This document shows, piece after piece, positions 62,131 to 64,000 of a stretch of DNA of 64,000 nt. How positions within the stretch are numbered: position 1 is the first letter of the stretch; every line of letters begins with the position of its first letter. The stretch lies in the NCBI RefSeq assembly GCF_018977255.1, contig NW_024704743.1:43464001-43528000 (forward strand). The letters are read 5' to 3'. The DNA comes from Callorhinchus milii (taxonomy: Eukaryota). The notes below the pieces were generated by a model, which was given only the letters and a program-made list of their open reading frames with translations, ran no database searches and was not told the DNA's origin. The translations under genes and the position numbers were made by a program.

Positions 62131-62747
62131 CTCCAAACCAATAAAATCTGATTTTTCTTTGTAACAGTCACAAAAGGACTCCTAAAGAATAATCCCAAGA
62201 GCAAGATTATTCAACTCAAGTCACAGATGTGGTAAAAAGAAACAGCTTTTATGGTTAAATAAAAGTTGGAACTAGGGATATAGCATTAGTGACAAAGATA
62301 GTCTGTTTAGTTGAAAATGTCACATGGAGGATTTTTATCCTGGCCCAGACACAGAAATGTTATCATTGGAATCAAGCTTCTTCTCAGCTTACAGACAAAA
62401 CCTGTGCGTCTGGCAACTCCCCCGAGTGAAAGGAGTGTTGTGATTGTAAATAGGTGACAATGGCGTTATCTAATCCTTGTCTGAAATGCTATGATCAATG
62501 AACAGTTGGGTACCAGAGTTTGCTGCAGAATCAAGCATTCAATTCTCTTGTTCTATCGACTGAGGTGTTTTGGACTCAAAGTTTGATATCTGTTTGCCTC
62601 TAGTCATGATTCTGTTTAATTACTACAGATAAATACTTTCAATCTGATCTGTTCGTCATATTCCCACACATAGGAATGAATGAGGGAAGAAAGAAGTTTC
62701 CCTGACCATTTCACAAGTTTCAAGCTTAAAATTGCATTGTGGAAGAT

Positions 62748-62850
62748 CCTCCTATAGCTCAGCTGTTAAGTGCACGATTCGGTGTGGTATTGAGCAATAG
62801 TCCCTGGTTTGATCCCCAAGGTAGGCCTGTTGGATAATCTCAGCCAGAGT
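62748..62850 (+). mobile_element. Head of a different, ancient tRNA-derived SINE (AmnSINE2-like, from recall)
   Basis: CTCCTATAGCTCAGCTGTTAAGTGCAC..GGTGTGGTATTGAGC..GTCCCTGGTTTGATCCCC...ATCTCAGCCAG, with degenerate A and B boxes. Confidence 0.45.
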
Positions 62851-63644
62851 AATTCAGAAATAATTTTAATGTTAGGTTTGTCAACCTCTATGATTGGGGT
62901 GAAAAATGCGACATGTGATGCGAGGCTCAAATTTATTGACAAATATCCTTTTGATTATTTGAAATGATTAAGAAATTTGGCAATTTGTTTCAAATTGGTT
63001 GCTTAAAGACTGTTTAGTAATCACAGATTTCCATGCCGTTCAGTGCAATTCCTACAATTATTATAAATATCTCTAAACAAATACTTTTGTGTACTTTACT
63101 CTTCTCCATACCAACCCCAACCAAAAAAAATTCCCACAGAGTTCAAATCGAAAAATAGATTTCCAAATTTGTGAAGCTTTCATTTTCAAACTTACTTGGC
63201 ACACTGCTTGGAAAGTGAACAACTTTTAACAGTGAGCAGGTGTTGCTCATTGGAGGTTGCAAACACTGGTAGCAAACAGGATGATTGGGCAGATAATGTA
63301 TAATCGTACACAGAGTCAGTCAAACAACTTTGCATTTAGCCAAGATATTGAGGGGAAGCCTCTGAAGTATTAGTCTTGTTACATTTCTATGTATGTTGCC
63401 ATCGGTTTTGCTTACAGGGGTCCAGATATCTTAGGTCCAACTCCAAGTCTTTCAAACTGAATTTGTGAGGCTTAGCAGGTCTGATGCATGGAAAACAAAG
63501 TGTCATCAATTTCTGCACAATTAAATTATTGGCTCACTGATAATACCCTGTAGATCCTGGAAATAAACTGAGCATTTTCACATGCCCTATTCATGTTTGA
63601 TAGAAACACAGCGACAGTCTATTTCCACTGATGAGCAAATCAAT

Positions 63645-64000
63645 AACAAAACAACAGCAACAATTTGACAATTTGCATTTATATAGCAAAGAAACAGGAG
63701 TATAGCAACAGTGCAGAGCTCGGCACTGAGCCAGGGAGAGGGGTGAGGTGACCATAGATATTATAAATATAAAAAAGAAAGGTATTCAATTGTGATCTGA
63801 AGATGGGGAACGAGGAGGCGAGGTGGAGTGTGGAGAGATTGAGTGAGAGAGTTCCAGAGTTTCGGCATGTAGTGAAAGCACAGGCGCTGATAGTGGATCA
63901 GAGGGGACGGGAGGAAGCCAGCCAAGCAGAGGAGTAATGAAGTGGGGGGTAAGCAAATTAGAGAAGTAGGGAAGTGCTAGGGCATGAAGCAATTTGTAAG
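63645..64000 (-). mobile_element. Old L2 3' fragment running off the window
   Basis: (CAA)n-like tail, TTGCATTTATATAGC, GAGAGAGTTCCAGAG and HAL..PYFSNLL motifs. Confidence 0.65.

Overview
AT-rich, repeat-dense vertebrate genomic DNA, most likely a cartilaginous fish and probably a chimaera (inferred only from the repeat repertoire). No complete host gene could be recognised, so the window reads as intergenic DNA or part of a very long intron. Nearly all listed ORFs are chance frames through repeats. The main content is: (i) more than 20 copies or fragments of a tRNA-Ala(TGC)-headed SINE with a Deu-type core, an L2-like 3' end and a (TTA)n tail, plus older related SINEs; (ii) decayed CR1 and L2 LINEs, including a 2.3 kb L2 endonuclease/RT relic at 14.6-17.0 kb and a 1.95 kb CR1 RT relic at 51.9-53.8 kb; (iii) three Penelope-type terminal-repeat fragments carrying minimal hammerhead-ribozyme motifs; (iv) an unclassified ~530-bp A-tailed repeat family, here called family X, in about 11 pieces; (v) a disabled, intron-less 2-Cys peroxiredoxin fragment lying antisense directly 5' of the L2 relic; (vi) several local inverted duplications and palindromes; (vii) a few unassigned candidate exons. 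I found no convincing wholly new multi-gene system. Repeat boundaries are approximate because they were read by eye.
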